Shown: in pieces, positions 39,818 through 53,200 of the stretch | Layout of the letters: each line of letters starts with the position of its first letter | Numbering within the stretch: position 1 is the stretch's first letter | NCBI RefSeq assembly: GCF_009914755.1 | Contig: NC_060931.1 | Length of the DNA stretch: 64,000 nucleotides | Origin: the human T2T-CHM13v2.0 reference genome, Homo sapiens | Reading direction: 5' to 3' (one strand) | Made by a program: the position numbers and the translations under genes | Notes under the pieces: model-generated | Seen by the model: only the letters and a program-made list of their open reading frames with translations | Database searches by the model: none | Told to the model about the DNA's origin: nothing

Positions 39818-41122
39818 AGCTCCTGTAAAATAACAAATCTTGCTGCATGCATTGTGTTAGCATGTCAGGGGACAGCCCTGCCCAAGATCCCATATTTAGA
39901 GAGCAGTTGCTAGTACCTCTAGTGTTTCGTATCATCTAAGTTGTCCATGTGTTTTCATCTTCTGCTTCCTTAAAAAACAATCACTTTGGGGAAACAGAAA
40001 GAGTACATCTTATGTGACATGTAGGTCAAGTTTGGAAATTCTTCCTCTGCTCAAGTCATCACTCAGCTGGGTTCCATTGTCCTTGTCTTACAAAAATTTG
40101 GTCAGCTTCAAAAATTTCTCTAGCATCTAAGCAAAAAAGTACCTTGCACTGACCATCTCCAGGACACAATCCATCAAACTGACACTTTAAGTGTAGATCA
40201 TATCTGGGGTCTCATGCTGCTTGACAACACCCTTTAAACAGAGAACCCAAAAGGATGGGGCATAGGACTCATGGCTGAGGGACTGATAGCACAATCAGTG
40301 TAGAGATGACACTGGGCTGTCATAAATGCCTAGACCTCAAAGCTCTTTTAAATTAAGGAGATGTAGATCCCCAAATGAAGAATCCCAAAACTTTTGAATT
40401 TACTGTCCCTTGAAAAGAAAGAGTGGATACACCATAGGCATTGCTTTTAAAGCATATTTTTGTTACATTTTAAATTACTTTCATGCTAGTTAGTGTCCTT
40501 TAGACATAATTTCATCATGTCTTATTTTATTCTTATTTACTTTGTGTGATGAATTTACCTAAAAATTAATGACTAGTTTGACCAACTTGATTGTCCTTTG
40601 ACTTGAGAAGCTTGTAATTTCAGTGAAATTCAAAACATTAGATAAGATTGAAAAGAATATTCTACTTCTTTTGTATGAAAGTGGGAAGGTGTAGGTCTTA
40701 TTTGGTCCATTTGAATTGGCTTATGGCCTATATTCAGTTACAATGATAGAAAATACCACCAAAAGAGGAGGAAGACATATGTATAAATAATGTCATTCCA
40801 TACTAAATGCACAAACGCAGCATTCTTCTTAAATTGGAAAGTGTAGCCAGGACATTAGATGTTTAGCCTGCATTCACTTCCTGTGCAGTTGCCTAACCTT
40901 TATTTCTATCTCTTTTGGAAGATTGTTTATATGTTTTGATCAGGACTTTTATACTCTTAATAAGAATATTTTTGCAGTATTTTGCATCTCCTCATAATTG
41001 TTGAAATGAAAGAGAGTTTACGTTTCTTTATTTGAATTACTTTAAAAAACTTGAAGAACACCTTTCGGTATAAATAGTGATTTAAATATTGCTGGAAAGT
41101 ATGTATCAGATAAGAAGGAATA

Positions 41123-41322
41123 CAGTGAGAACTCAGTTAACATTGTTGATGGGTTCTTGGAAACTAAGACTTTAAGCAAAACAACTTTTTTTCCCTCATC
41201 AACATTATAACAAAATGGCGTTGAATGAGATGACATTATTTGAGGACCTGCTGTATGTCCTTTTGCTGAAAGTTGCAGTTGTGAACAACAACTTACTGAT
41301 GACGCTAAGTGAGGACTTACTG
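41123..41322. mobile_element. MER6-family miniature DNA transposon (TcMar-Tigger)
   Basis: TA-flanked; ~60-bp imperfect TIRs cagtgagaactcagttaac... / ...gctaagtgaggacttactg. Confidence 0.8.
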
Positions 41323-42454
41323 TAAAATGATGTAATGTGGAAATTCTATGTCCAGAATTCAGTGAAATGTTAGGAGCCTTCTTGTAAGTTTTCTTTCATT
41401 AAATCCCTGGGTAATGTTCTATTCTGGATGTTAGGGTTACCTGAAATACTTGCCAAGGGGAGTTTTACAGTTGCTGTCTGTGTGATTCAGTGTGAGAATT
41501 ATAATGCAAAATAACAAAGGCAAAGTCTGCCATCAAGACTCCAAATCTTTGATTACAGTGATCAGTGTCATATTGCTTTTGAAAAGAGTAACCTTTATTT
41601 GCCCTCTCTGTTAATTGGGCTACTTTGACATTTTGTCAAAATCTCAGAGCCTCCCGGACAGCCTGCCTGCAGTTAAGGTGAGTTGCCACTTGATGGCACG
41701 CATAACATTCTGATGGTCTTAGGCTTGCCTTTCACTGTTCATAGGCAAAGTTCCAGAATTTTCAGACACATTGTACCCAGATACTTAGTGCCGTACCATA
41801 ATTGATTGTATCTCCTGCTGATCTGTGAGATTATTGAGGGCAAAAACTCTGTCCTTATTCTGTTTCCTCCTCTAACACACACATGCCCACAAATGTGTGC
41901 ATTCAAACATGTGCATATACATTCACACATGTTCATACACACTCACACACACACACCCTCCTCCCCGCCACATACAACTATGGCCTTTTATGAGAGGGGC
42001 TAGAAAAGGAAAATTTAAAAAGGACAGATGAATATTGTTATCAATAATGCCTTAGTTATCAAGGTATGCTTCATATAATCATAGTTAAATATGACCATTA
42101 AATGAAAATTCCATTTAGAATAAGATATAAAGGAAAATCTTTAGTCAATGAATAATTCTTGATTTTCACTATTTCTATTGTTTCCTATTTAATTCCCTAT
42201 AAATGCACTAGGTGAAGACTTACTGCACTAAGCCTCAGTGCCCTCATCTTAAGCAAGGATAATAGTACTCATCTCATCAGATTGATCTGAGAATTACATG
42301 ATGAAACATAGCACATACACCCTACTACACTTACTCATCCTTATCTAGCTACTGTTGAGACCAGACATTGCCAGCATGCTACATGCCAGGCATCGTTTTT
42401 ATAACTTTATATATAAATGCATTTATTGCTTGCAACAATCCTATAATATGTCTT

Positions 42455-42762
42455 ATTTATTTATTTATTTATTTATTTTTTCGAGATGGAGTCTCGCTGT
42501 CGCCCAGGTTGGAGTGCAGTGGCGCAATCTCGGCTCACTGCAGGCTCCGCCCCCTGGGGTTCACGCCATTCTCCTGCCTCAGCCTCCGGAGTAGCTGGGA
42601 CTACAGGCGCCCGCCACCTCGCCCGGCTAATTTTTTGTATTTTTAGTAGAGACGAGGTTTCACTGTGTTAGCCAGGATGGTCTCGATCTCCTGACCTCGT
42701 GATCCGCCCGCCTCGGCCTCCCAAAGTGCTGGGATTACAGGCGTGAGCCACCGCGCCCGGCC
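42455..42762 (-). mobile_element. Young CpG-rich AluY (probably Ye lineage)
   Basis: Many intact CpGs; variants ctcgctgtcg (2-bp deletion) and caggctccgccccctggggttcacgcc; (TTTA)n tail; TSD tcttattt. Confidence 0.93.
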
Positions 42763-44489
42763 TCTTATTTATTACCATTTATCATGTGAGGAAACTAAGT
42801 TAAAGAGTGGTAAAATAATGTGTTCAAGGTCACATGGCTGGCGCACACTCAGAAATGTTATTAATCATTCTTCTTCTTATTATTATTTGCAATAGTAGTG
42901 AGGTTTACAGCTTTTCCTTGGAGTCTTACTGAGAATCAGCAAAGTGTTATCTTTCACATGAAGGTAGCTGCATCTGACCTTTCACTAGTGCTACTCATGC
43001 AGATTTTGCTCAGTAGGATTCCATGCAAACTAATTAACCACGTGCGGAGATATTGCATGCCTCTCCTGAAGGCTTGCTTGCTCATGGCTTCTTCTTTCTG
43101 GTGCCTTCCCCCATCTTTCCCTGTGGTTAGGGGCTCCTCAGGAACATCTAGAGACAGTCAATCCCTTTTTGCTTGTTTAGAGGAATCAGAATGGTGAGGT
43201 TGTGTAGAGAAATCAGAAGTGAGGCAGGGTGCTCAGTGTGGGCTGAGATCTGTATATGCAGGTATAGGACTTCACTACCCAGGGCATTGGGTGGGAGGTA
43301 CCAGCTGGATGGACAGTGACGCTGGCCCAGCAGGAGTCACTTGGAGAGGGGCCAGGGCCAGGGACCAATATCTCTATGGATACGTGCAGAGGAAGGGGTG
43401 ATGGAAGCACCTGCACAGATGATGCTAAGGGAGAGAGTGGCAATGCACAGTGCCTAGCTTTGTGCATGGCCCACAGAGAACGTTCAGGAAACCTTGGCTA
43501 ACCACATGAATAATAGAAGACTTACTGCATGCTTCCAGAGTCTGTGCCTGGCACTTTACAGCCATCATCTACTGAACTTTAAATACTGTGATCATCATCT
43601 CTGTTTTATTAATACAACGAGGCAGCCAACACTCTGCGTGGTGCAGTCCTATGCCTGCAGACACAGAGCCGGCCCACATCTTGCCAAGAGTGGAACTCCA
43701 GCAGTTAGGACTGTGCTGCTGCAGGGCGATGTCTCCTTGACTTGTATGCTTCTCGTGAATTGCCCAATGTTTATTTTAGAGATTCTCTTTCCATCACTCC
43801 ATAAATCCCTGCCAGCGATCCAGGTGCAGCTCAAGGCCCTCGATGTCTCCACCCCACCTCATTTCCCTTTGTGTCTGCTTGCACTTCTGCTTTCTCACCT
43901 TATTTTTGCTACTTTAGTCATAGTATTTGGCTTTGAATAAACTGAGGTTGGACTTCTGCCTCCACTACTAACCAAGAAATGACTTCAAGCAAGTTATTTG
44001 ATTAACTACCTTAGTGACATCATATATCATAGCCCATGGAAAGCATACATTTAATGGGGATTTTTATGTATGAGATCCCATCTACTGTAAGTAAACTGAG
44101 CATTGCAATTTTATTGTCTGATTCACCTCTGAATTCCTAAGATGCTGGTACAGTGAGTCACAAACTTAAGTTGAATTGGATACACTGTGTTGCTATCTGT
44201 CCCCTCCCTGCCTACCACTGCCTATGCATTTGACCAGCCTCCACTAGCCCGTGAGGGTCTGGGAGTTCACAGTCAAGTTTCATTCATCTTTGCATCCTAT
44301 GGGTAGCCTGTTTTGCTGAGACCTAGGTAGTCTTAGAGTTATGCCAATTAAATGGATGGCTAAATGAAATATATGGGGTGTGTTTGGCATATGTTGTCAC
44401 AACCGGATTAGGCAATTGAGGCAGAAGAAAAGAAATGCGATGTGTATAGAAACATAAAATAATACATGGCGTTTTTTTTTCTCCGAAAG

Positions 44490-44595
44490 GTGTTTTTGAT
44501 GCTTTTGCAAGATTCCAACAAGAAATCTCACATTGCCCTGGGGACTGAGTCAGAGCTGCAGAACCACAGGCCTACAGGACATCTGTCTGGCTACT
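44490..44595 (+). CDS. ABCA13: ABCA13 coding exon completing TLEE|VFL (VFLMLLQDSNKKSHIALGTESELQNHRPTGHLSGY)
   Basis: Acceptor tttttttttctccgaaag| and strong donor T|gtaagt; 106 nt, phase 0-1. Joins the previous exon to give the conserved TTLEEVFL. Confidence 0.92.
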
Positions 44596-47118
44596 GTAAG
44601 TACAGAATGGCTTCCTGCATTTCTGCTGGAGGAACAATGACACCAGCCTTATTCAACATCCCTTGTTTTAAAAGTTGTATAGCAAGGTTCTGAAGTTAGT
44701 GAGGAGATGTGAGTGTATAGTGAGGGGGCAAGTAAATACAGGTCAGAGGCAAAAAAAACGTTGAGTTTTATCCTGGCTTGAAAAAAAAAAACTGTGTGTT
44801 TATGGGACACATTTATCTTTTCTTCAGGACTTGACTTAGTATATAAAAAATTTCTCAATGTATACAGTTAGAATAATGACCATCATTCATCTTATTTTAC
44901 CTTCATCACAAACAAACTGATCTGGCCTACCTGCGTGGTGTGCCTCTTATGTGCAGGCACCCTCCTGGTAATGGATTTGCATGGTTTAACAAAGCCCCGG
45001 ATGTGGGCTTTGCCTTCATGCGACCTCTGTCCCTTTGGGACCAAATCATGGCTTCAGCTTTTGTATGCAGCCTCCTTTATAGGCTTTAATGATTGAACAG
45101 AATCCAGATTTGGTATCTAGGTGTGTGACTGAAGCTCCAGTTCAGTCCAATTCCTGGCATATTTATTAGCAGCAACTCAGCAAGGATCCCTGAGCTGAGC
45201 TCTAGGGATGTGGAGGGTAATAAATCTAAGAGCTTTCCTTCAGAGATTTCAGTCTACTAGGCACATGAACCCATGAATAAGTAACTAGAATTAAATATGT
45301 TATAACCTTTTATGATGTTTCCCAAATTGCATCCTTACCAGCAACTGTAGGAATTGCTATTGCTGTACTTCCTCTTCAGCTCTTAGTAGTATCAGATTTG
45401 AAAAACATATAATTTAGCTATTAAAATAGATGTGTAGTAGTTTCTCATTGTGGTTTTAATTTGCATTCTCCTAATGATTATGTTAGGCATATATTTTTAT
45501 TTCCCACAGCTTTATTGAGATATAATTCACATAACACACAATTCACTCATATAAATGGGACCATTCAGTGGCTTTTAGCTTCTTCAGAGTTCTGCATTCA
45601 TCACCACAATCAACCTTATACCATTTTCATTACTCTGAAAACTGGTGTCACTTAGCAATCACTCCTCAAAATCCCCATCTCTTCAGCCATAGGCAACCCC
45701 TAATGTACTTTCAATCTCTAATAGATGTGCCTATTTTGGACATTTTATATACATGGAATCATAGTATGTGTGGCCCTCTGTGACTAGCTTCTTTCACTCA
45801 GCACAATGTTTTTGAGGTTCATCCATGTTACAGCGTGCCAGTACTCAACTTATTTTGATTACCAAATATTTCATTGTATAAATATACCACATTTTTGTTT
45901 GTCCATTCACCAGTTGATGGGCATTTGGGGTTGTTTCCAGTTTTTTACTATTGCAAATATACTATTATGAACATTTATATACACAATTTTTGTGGATATG
46001 TTTTCTCTTACATGTATACCTAGGAGTGAAATTGCTGAATCATATGTTTCAATCATTTGAGAAACTGCTAGACTGTCATCTAAAGTGATCACACCTTACA
46101 TTCCCACCAGTAGTATATGAAGTTTCTAATTTCTCCACATTCTCCCAACCCTTGTTATTATCTGCTGTTTTGATTACAGACACTTTAGTGGATGTGACAC
46201 ACACCTTAGTGTGTATCTCATTGTGGGTTTTATTTACATTTCACTGGTGGCTAATGATGTTGAATATCTTTTCATAGGCTTCATGGCCACTTGTATATTT
46301 TCTTTGGAGAAGTCATATTCAGATTTTTTGTCCATTATTAAAATTGGGCAGATTTTATTTCTAGAGCTGGAAGAATTTCTAATTATGGAATTGTGTGAGT
46401 TAAGTGGAATGGTAACTAGGTTTTCATAAATGCCGTTTATGAAGTTGAAGAAGTTTCTATCTGTTCTTAATTGTGGAGTGTTTTTAATCATGAAAGGTGT
46501 TGGATGTTGCCAAATGCTTTCTCTGCATCTATTGAGATGATCATTTGTTTTTTGTTTATTTATTTATTTATATGGTATATTTTTGGTTTTTGGTAGTTAA
46601 AACAACATTGCATTCCTGGGACAAATTCTACCCGGTCATGTCATATATTGCTGGATTTTATTGTGCTAGTATTTTGTGGAGCATTTTTGTATCTTTATAG
46701 CAGGTATTGGTCTGCAATTTTCTTTTCTTGCAGTGTCTTTGGCGCTGTTATCATGGTTATCTTCACCTCATAGAATGAGTTGAGAGGTGATCCCTTCTCT
46801 TCTATTTTGTGGACATGTTTGTGAATAATTGGTATTAGCTCTTCTTTCAATGTTTTGTGGAATTCACCAGTGAAGGCTTCTGGGTCTGGGCTTTTCTTTG
46901 TGGGTAGGTTTTTTAATTATGATTAATTCAAATATTTAATTGATGTAGGGCTATTAGATTATCTATATTTTTCTCAAATCAGTTTCAGTGTTTTATGTCT
47001 TTCTAGGAATCTGTCCATTTCATTTCAGTCGTTATGCTATTTTATGTTATTGGCATACAATTGTTCATAGTAATCAGTTATAATTCCTTTTGTTTTTTAA
47101 AAGTCTGTAGTGATGTTT

Positions 47119-47415
47119 GTCAGGCGTGGTGGCTCACGCCTGTAATCCCAGCACTTTGGGAAGCTGAGCTGGGTGGATCATGAGGTCAGGAGATCAAGAC
47201 CAGCCTGGCCAACATGGTGAAACCCCGTCTCCACTAAAAATACAAAAAATTAGCTGAGCATGGTGGCAGGTGCCTGTAATCCCAATTACTTGGGAGGCGG
47301 AGGCAGAGAATTGCTTGGACCCGGGAGGCGGAGGTTGCAGTGAGCTGAGATTGTGCCACTGTACTCTACCCTGGGCGACAGAGCAAGACTCCGTCTAAAA
47401 AAAAAAAAAAAAAAA
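47119..47415 (+). mobile_element. AluS (Sc-like)
   Basis: Full dimer; TSD aaaag(t/c)ctgtagtgatgttt at 47099-47118 and 47412-47431. Confidence 0.95.
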
Positions 47416-47930
47416 GCCTGTAGTGATGTTTCACCTTTCATTTCCACTTCTAATAATTTGAGTCTTCTCCGTTTTCTTGGTTAATCTAGCTGAAGTGTTG
47501 TCAATTTTGGTAATGTTTTCACAGAATCAGCTTTTGGTTTTATTGATTTTTCTCTTTTCAATTTCATGAAATTCAGCTCTAATTTTTATTATTTTGTTTC
47601 TTTTACTTACCTTAGATTTAGTTTGCTCTGTTTTTCCAGTGTCTTCAGGTGGAAGTTTGCATGAATTTGAGATCTGTTTTTTATAATTATAAACATTTAC
47701 TGCTATAAATTTTTCTCTAAGCATTGCTTCAGCTGTACCCTGTAAATTTTGATATGTTGTATCTTCATTTTTCATTCATCTCAAAGTATTTTTTAACTTC
47801 TCTTTTGATTTCTTTCATTTCTTATTTAGGTTGTGTTGATTTCCACATATTTGTGAGTTTCTAAATTCCCTTTTGTTATTAAAGTCCCATTTCATTTTAT
47901 TGTAATCTGAAAGAAACCAGAATGGGTTCA

Positions 47931-48066
47931 TATTTTTAATAGAGATGGGATTTCACCATGTTGGCCAGGCTGGTCTCAAACTTCTGAACGTGGGAGGTGG
48001 AGGTTGCCTTGAGCCTAGATCATGCCACTGCACTCCAGCCTGGGCAACAGAGGGAGACTCTGTCTC

Positions 48067-48108
<42 letters not shown>

Positions 48109-48109
48109 A
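47931..48109 (+). mobile_element. Rearranged Alu: antisense left-arm piece fused to sense right-arm 3' end, (AAC)13 tail
   Basis: tatttttaatagagatggg...ggtctcaaacttctga | tgaacgtgggaggtggaggttgc...ctctgtctc(aac)n. Confidence 0.9.
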
Positions 48110-48745
48110 TCTCTTTTCAACTTATTAAGGCTTGTTTTATGGTCTATGCTGGAGAAAGTTCCATGCCTCTTGAAAAGAATGTTCATCTGTTGTGATAGGT
48201 GGTGTGTTCTATAGACATCTGTAATATTTAGTTTGTGTGTAGTGGTTGTTCAAGTCTTTTGTTTTCTTGTTGATATTCTTGTAAATTATTTTATCTGTTA
48301 ATAAAATTTGGGTATTGATATTTCTGATTATTATTGTAGAATTGCCTATTTCTCCCTTTAAATCTGTTGACTTCTGTTTTTATGTCTTTGCGGGCTCTGT
48401 TAGGTACATAAATCATCACAATTTTATATCTTCCAGATGTAAGCCTTATTTCATATCTTTTATAGTCTTCTTTCCTTCTTGTATTCTTCCTGGTCTTTTT
48501 AGACAGTGCTGGCACTATACCTGATGAAGCAGTTTTCACAAACACTTTGTGAAACCTTCTTAGGTTTCAATAATATTCATCCATTAGACAAAAGCCAGGT
48601 GTTTTTGAAATAACCTCTTCTGTATTTTTTGGCTTCTACATAGATGGCAGAGGGGACCACACCACAAAGCTTCCTAGAGGTCCTCTGGTTTGGTTGAGTA
48701 GACCTGTGAGACACACTTGATCTTTTTTAAAATTTTTTAATTTTA

Positions 48746-48810
48746 CATACGTAACAAACCTGCACGTTGTGCACATGTACCCTAGAACTTAAAGTATAAT
48801 AATAATAAAA
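48746..48810 (+). mobile_element. Very short young L1PA 3' terminus
   Basis: catacgtaacaaacctgcacgttgtgcacatgtaccctagaacttaaagtataataataataaaa. Confidence 0.85.
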
Positions 48811-48839
48811 TATGTGTATACATTATATATAACCCAGTT

Positions 48840-49825
48840 AAAGAAAACAAGTAATGCAGTTAAAAAATGATCAAATGACCTGAATAGATAGACATTTCTC
48901 AAAGGAAGACATGCAAATGGCCAACAGGTATATGAAAAAATACTAAATTAATAGTCAGCAGAGAAATGCAAATGAAAACCACAATGAGATATAACCTTAT
49001 ATCTGTTAGAATAATTAATATTAAAAAGACAAAAGATAACACATGCTGGTGAGGTTGTCAAGAAAAAGGAACTCTTCCATACTGTTGGTGGGAATGTGAA
49101 TAAGTATAGCCATTATAGAAAATAGTATGAAAGTTCTTTAAAAAATTAAAAATAAAACCACCATATGATCAAGGAATCCCATTACTTGGTATATATCCAA
49201 GGAAATGAAATCAGTATATTAAAGAAATATCTACACTCTAATGTTTATTGCAGCACCATTCATAATAGCCAAGACATGGAATCAACCTAAGTGTTCATCA
49301 ACAGATGAATGGATAAAGAAAATATGGCATATGTACATAGTAGAATACTATTCAGTCTTAAAAAAGAAGCAAATTCTGTCATTTGTGACAACATGGATGA
49401 ACCTGGAGAACATTATTTTAAGTGAAATAAGCTAGGAACAGAAAGGCAAATGCTACATAATGTCACATATATGCAGAATTTTTAAAAGTTGAAATCATAG
49501 AAATGGAGAGTAGAATTGTGGTTACTAGGGGCTGGGAGGGGATGTGGTGAGGAGATGTTGGTAAATGGATACAATATTTCAGTTATATAGGAGAAATAAG
49601 TTCAAGAGATCTATTGTACAACATGGTGACTGTAGTTAATAACGTTTTGTATTGTTGAAAATCTCTAAAAGAATAGATGAGTTTTCTCATCACAAAAAAC
49701 TATGTGAGGTATTGCATATGTTGATTAGCTCGGTTTAGCCGCTTCACAAGGTATACATATTTCAGGACATCATGTTGTATATGATAAATATAATTTTTAT
49801 TTGTCAACTATAATAATAAACAAAT
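48840..49825 (+). mobile_element. L1MA 3' portion
   Basis: ORF2 end (ORF 49241..49435 MFIAAPFIIAKTWNQPKC...) and 3'UTR ggagaaataagttcaagagatctattgtacaacatggtgact. Confidence 0.9.
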
Positions 49826-50224
49826 AATAGTTTATGACAGGTTAAAAAAAAAAGAAATAAAATCTACCAAGTGTGCATTCAAACACATACATGTAAAATA
49901 TCTTTGGAAGGGTAAAAAGATGCTGGTAATGGAGTTTGCCTCTAGGGGAGGAAACTGAGTAGCTGAAGGATTCTATAGCCCCCTTGAGATCTTTGGTAGA
50001 TTTGCACTATGTGAATTTTAGCAACTGAAAATAATTAAAAAACAAAGAAAAATAAAAATAAGTACAGTACTCAAAAAATATTTTTTTCATCTAGGACGTT
50101 TTTTGGTAATAGAAAATATCAAATGGAAAATTAACTAGCAAATGTGTTTTTATATATGATAAATATATAATATAAGTACATATATTTATATACATATATA
50201 TTTATGTATTATATATGATATATA

Positions 50225-53200
50225 TTTTTACTGTGGTAAAATATACATAATATAAATTTTACCATTTTAACCATATTTAAGTATACAGCTCAGTGGCATT
50301 ACGCACATTCACATTATTGTGCAACCATCATCATCATCCATTTCCAGAACTTTTTTATCTTCTCAAATTGAAACTCTGTACCAATTAGACAACAACTCCT
50401 CATTTCTCCCTCCCCCAGCTCCTGGAAACCACCATTCTAGCCTGTGTGGCTGTGAATTTAACTACCTCATATAAATGGTATCATACAGTATTTGCCCTTT
50501 TGTGACTGGCTTATTTCACTTAGAGTAAGAGTTTCAGGGTTTATCCATGTTGAAGCAAGTGACAGAAATTCATTCTTTTATAAGGCTGAATAATATTCCA
50601 TTATATGTATGTATCACATTTTGTTTATCCATTTATCTGTTGATGGACATTTGTGTTGCTTTCATCTTTAAGTTACTGTAATAATGCTGCTATGAAAATT
50701 GATGTACAAATATCTGTTCAAGCCCCCTGCTTTTACTTTTTTTGAGCATATAACAAGAAATGGAATTACTGGATCCTATGGTATGTTTGATTTTTTGAGA
50801 AATTGCTGTATCATTTTCCACAGTGGTTGCACCATTTTACATTCCCACCAGCCTGAACTAGGGCTCCAGTTCCTCCATATCTTCACCAATGCTTGTTATT
50901 CCACCTTTTAAATAATAATCATCCTAATGGGTGTGAAGTGGTATCTCACTGTGGTTTTGATTTGCATTTCCCTAAGGACTAGTAATGTTAAGCACCTTTT
51001 CATGTGCTTATTGGCCATTAGCATATCTTCTTTGGAGAATCCTCTAGTAAGGCCTTTGCCCATTTTTGAATGGGGTTGGTTTTTGTTGTGGTGGTGACTT
51101 GTAGAAGTTCGTTGTTTTCTGGATATTAATCTCATATTAGAAATATAATCTGCAATTTTTTTCTCTTTCCATGGGCTACCTTTTTACTCTATTAATTGTA
51201 GTTTTTCTTGTACTAAAGTTTTTAATTTTGATGGAATTTAGCTTACCTATTTTGTTGTTGTTGTTGCCTGTGCTTATGGTGGCAAACCCAAAAAATCACT
51301 GGCAACTGCAATATCCTGAAGTTTTTTCCTGTGTTTTCTTCCAAGAAGTTTATAGTTTTAGCTTTTACATTAAGGTCTTTGATTTATTTTGAGTTAATTT
51401 TCTATACTGTGTATGGTAGGTGTCCATTTTTATTCTCTTGCATATGGATATCCAGTATTCCCCACATCAGTTATGGAAATGACTTTTTCTCACTGAATGG
51501 TTTTGGCTCATTTGTTGAAAACCAATTGACCATATATGTGAACATTTTCTTCTGAGTTCTCTATTTTATTCCATTGGTCTTTACGTCTGTTTTTGTGCCA
51601 GTTCCACACTGTTTTGATTACCATGGCTTTGTAGTAACCTTTGAAATCAGAAAGTGGGAATTCTCCAAATTTCTTCATATTTATCAATATTGTTTTAGCT
51701 ATTCAGGGCCTCTTGGGATTCTGTATGGATTTTAAGATTAATATTTCTTTTTCTCCAAAATGTCATTAGAAACTTTAGAAGAATTGTATTGATTAGTTTA
51801 GATAGTTTTGGGTGGTATTGATATCTCAAAAATATTAAGTTTTCCAATCCATGAACATAGACTATCCTTCCACCTGTTTGTGTCTTTTTCATTTTCTTCA
51901 GTAACATTTTGTAGTGTTGAGTGTACAAGTTGCTTGCCCTCATGATTAAGTTAATTCTTTAGTATTTTATTCTCTTTTATGTTATTGTAAATGAAATGAT
52001 TTTCTTAATTTCTGTTTTCAGATTGTTCATTGCTAATGGAAGAAGTGCAACTAATATTTGTGTATTGATTTTGTATCCTGAAACTTTGGTGAATTTGTTT
52101 ATGAGTACTAACATTTTGTGTTTATGTGTATGTATGTGTATTTTTTAGAGTTTTATACATGTAAGACTGTCATCTGCAAACAAAGATAATTTTACTTCAT
52201 CCTTTTCAATTTGGATGACTTTTATTTCTTTTTTTGCCTAATTGAGCTGGCTAGGACTTCCAGTGCTATCTTGAATAGAAGTGGTGAAAGTGAGCATCTT
52301 TGTCATATTCCTGATCTTAGAGGAAACATTTTTAGTCTTTCAATATTGAGTACAATATTGGGTGTGGGTTTTTCATAGATGGCCTTTATTATGTTTAGGT
52401 AGTTTCCTTTTATTTCTAGTTTGTTAAGTGTTTTTATCATAACAAAGTGCTGAATTTTGTAAAAGTTCTTTATGTGTCAATTGAAATGACCATAGGTTTT
52501 AAAAATTTTATCCTTTTAATGTGTGGTATTAACTTGACTTTTTTTTGTATGTTGACTCATCCTTGCCTTTCAGGAATAAATCCTCCCTTGTCATGATGTG
52601 TAATCATTTTAATATACTGTCAAATTTGGTATGCCAGTATTTGTTGAGAGTTTTTGTATCAATATTCATAAGGAATATTAGTTGGTAAGGTTTTTTTTTT
52701 TTTTGGTAGTTCCTTTGGCTTCATAACTCATTCTGTGAGGCTAGCATTGCCTCATACAATGAATTAGGAAGTTTATTCTCCTCTTCAATTTTTTCAAAGA
52801 GTTCTAGGAGGCTTGTTGCTAATTCTTTATAGGTTTGGTAGAATTTACCAGTGAAGACATCTGAGCTTTATTTTTATTTTTATTTTTTGGTGGGAATATT
52901 TTAATTATTGATTCTATCTCCTCACTAGTTATAGGTTTACTCAGATTTTCAATTGCTTTTTGATTCAGTCTTAAAAGTTTGTGTGTTTTAGGAATTTATC
53001 CATCTTATCTAGGTCATCAAATATGTTGGTACACATTGTTCATACTATTGTTATAATCTTTTTGTTTCCGTAAAATTGGCAGTAACACTTTCTTTTCTGA
53101 CTTCAGTTATTTGAACCTTCTTTCTTTTTTTCTTAGTCAATCTAGCTAAAGGTTTATCTATTCCGTTTATCTTTTTTAAAGAACAAATTATTGACTTCAT

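Larger units (their letters stand above)
45500..48440 (-). mobile_element. L1MB-like element (3' end plus ORF2 pieces), interrupted by two Alu insertions
   Basis: cagctttattgagatataattcac at the 3' end. ORF 47527..47775 (MKNEDTTYQNLQGTAEAMLREKFIA...) is ORF2p-like. Confidence 0.85.
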
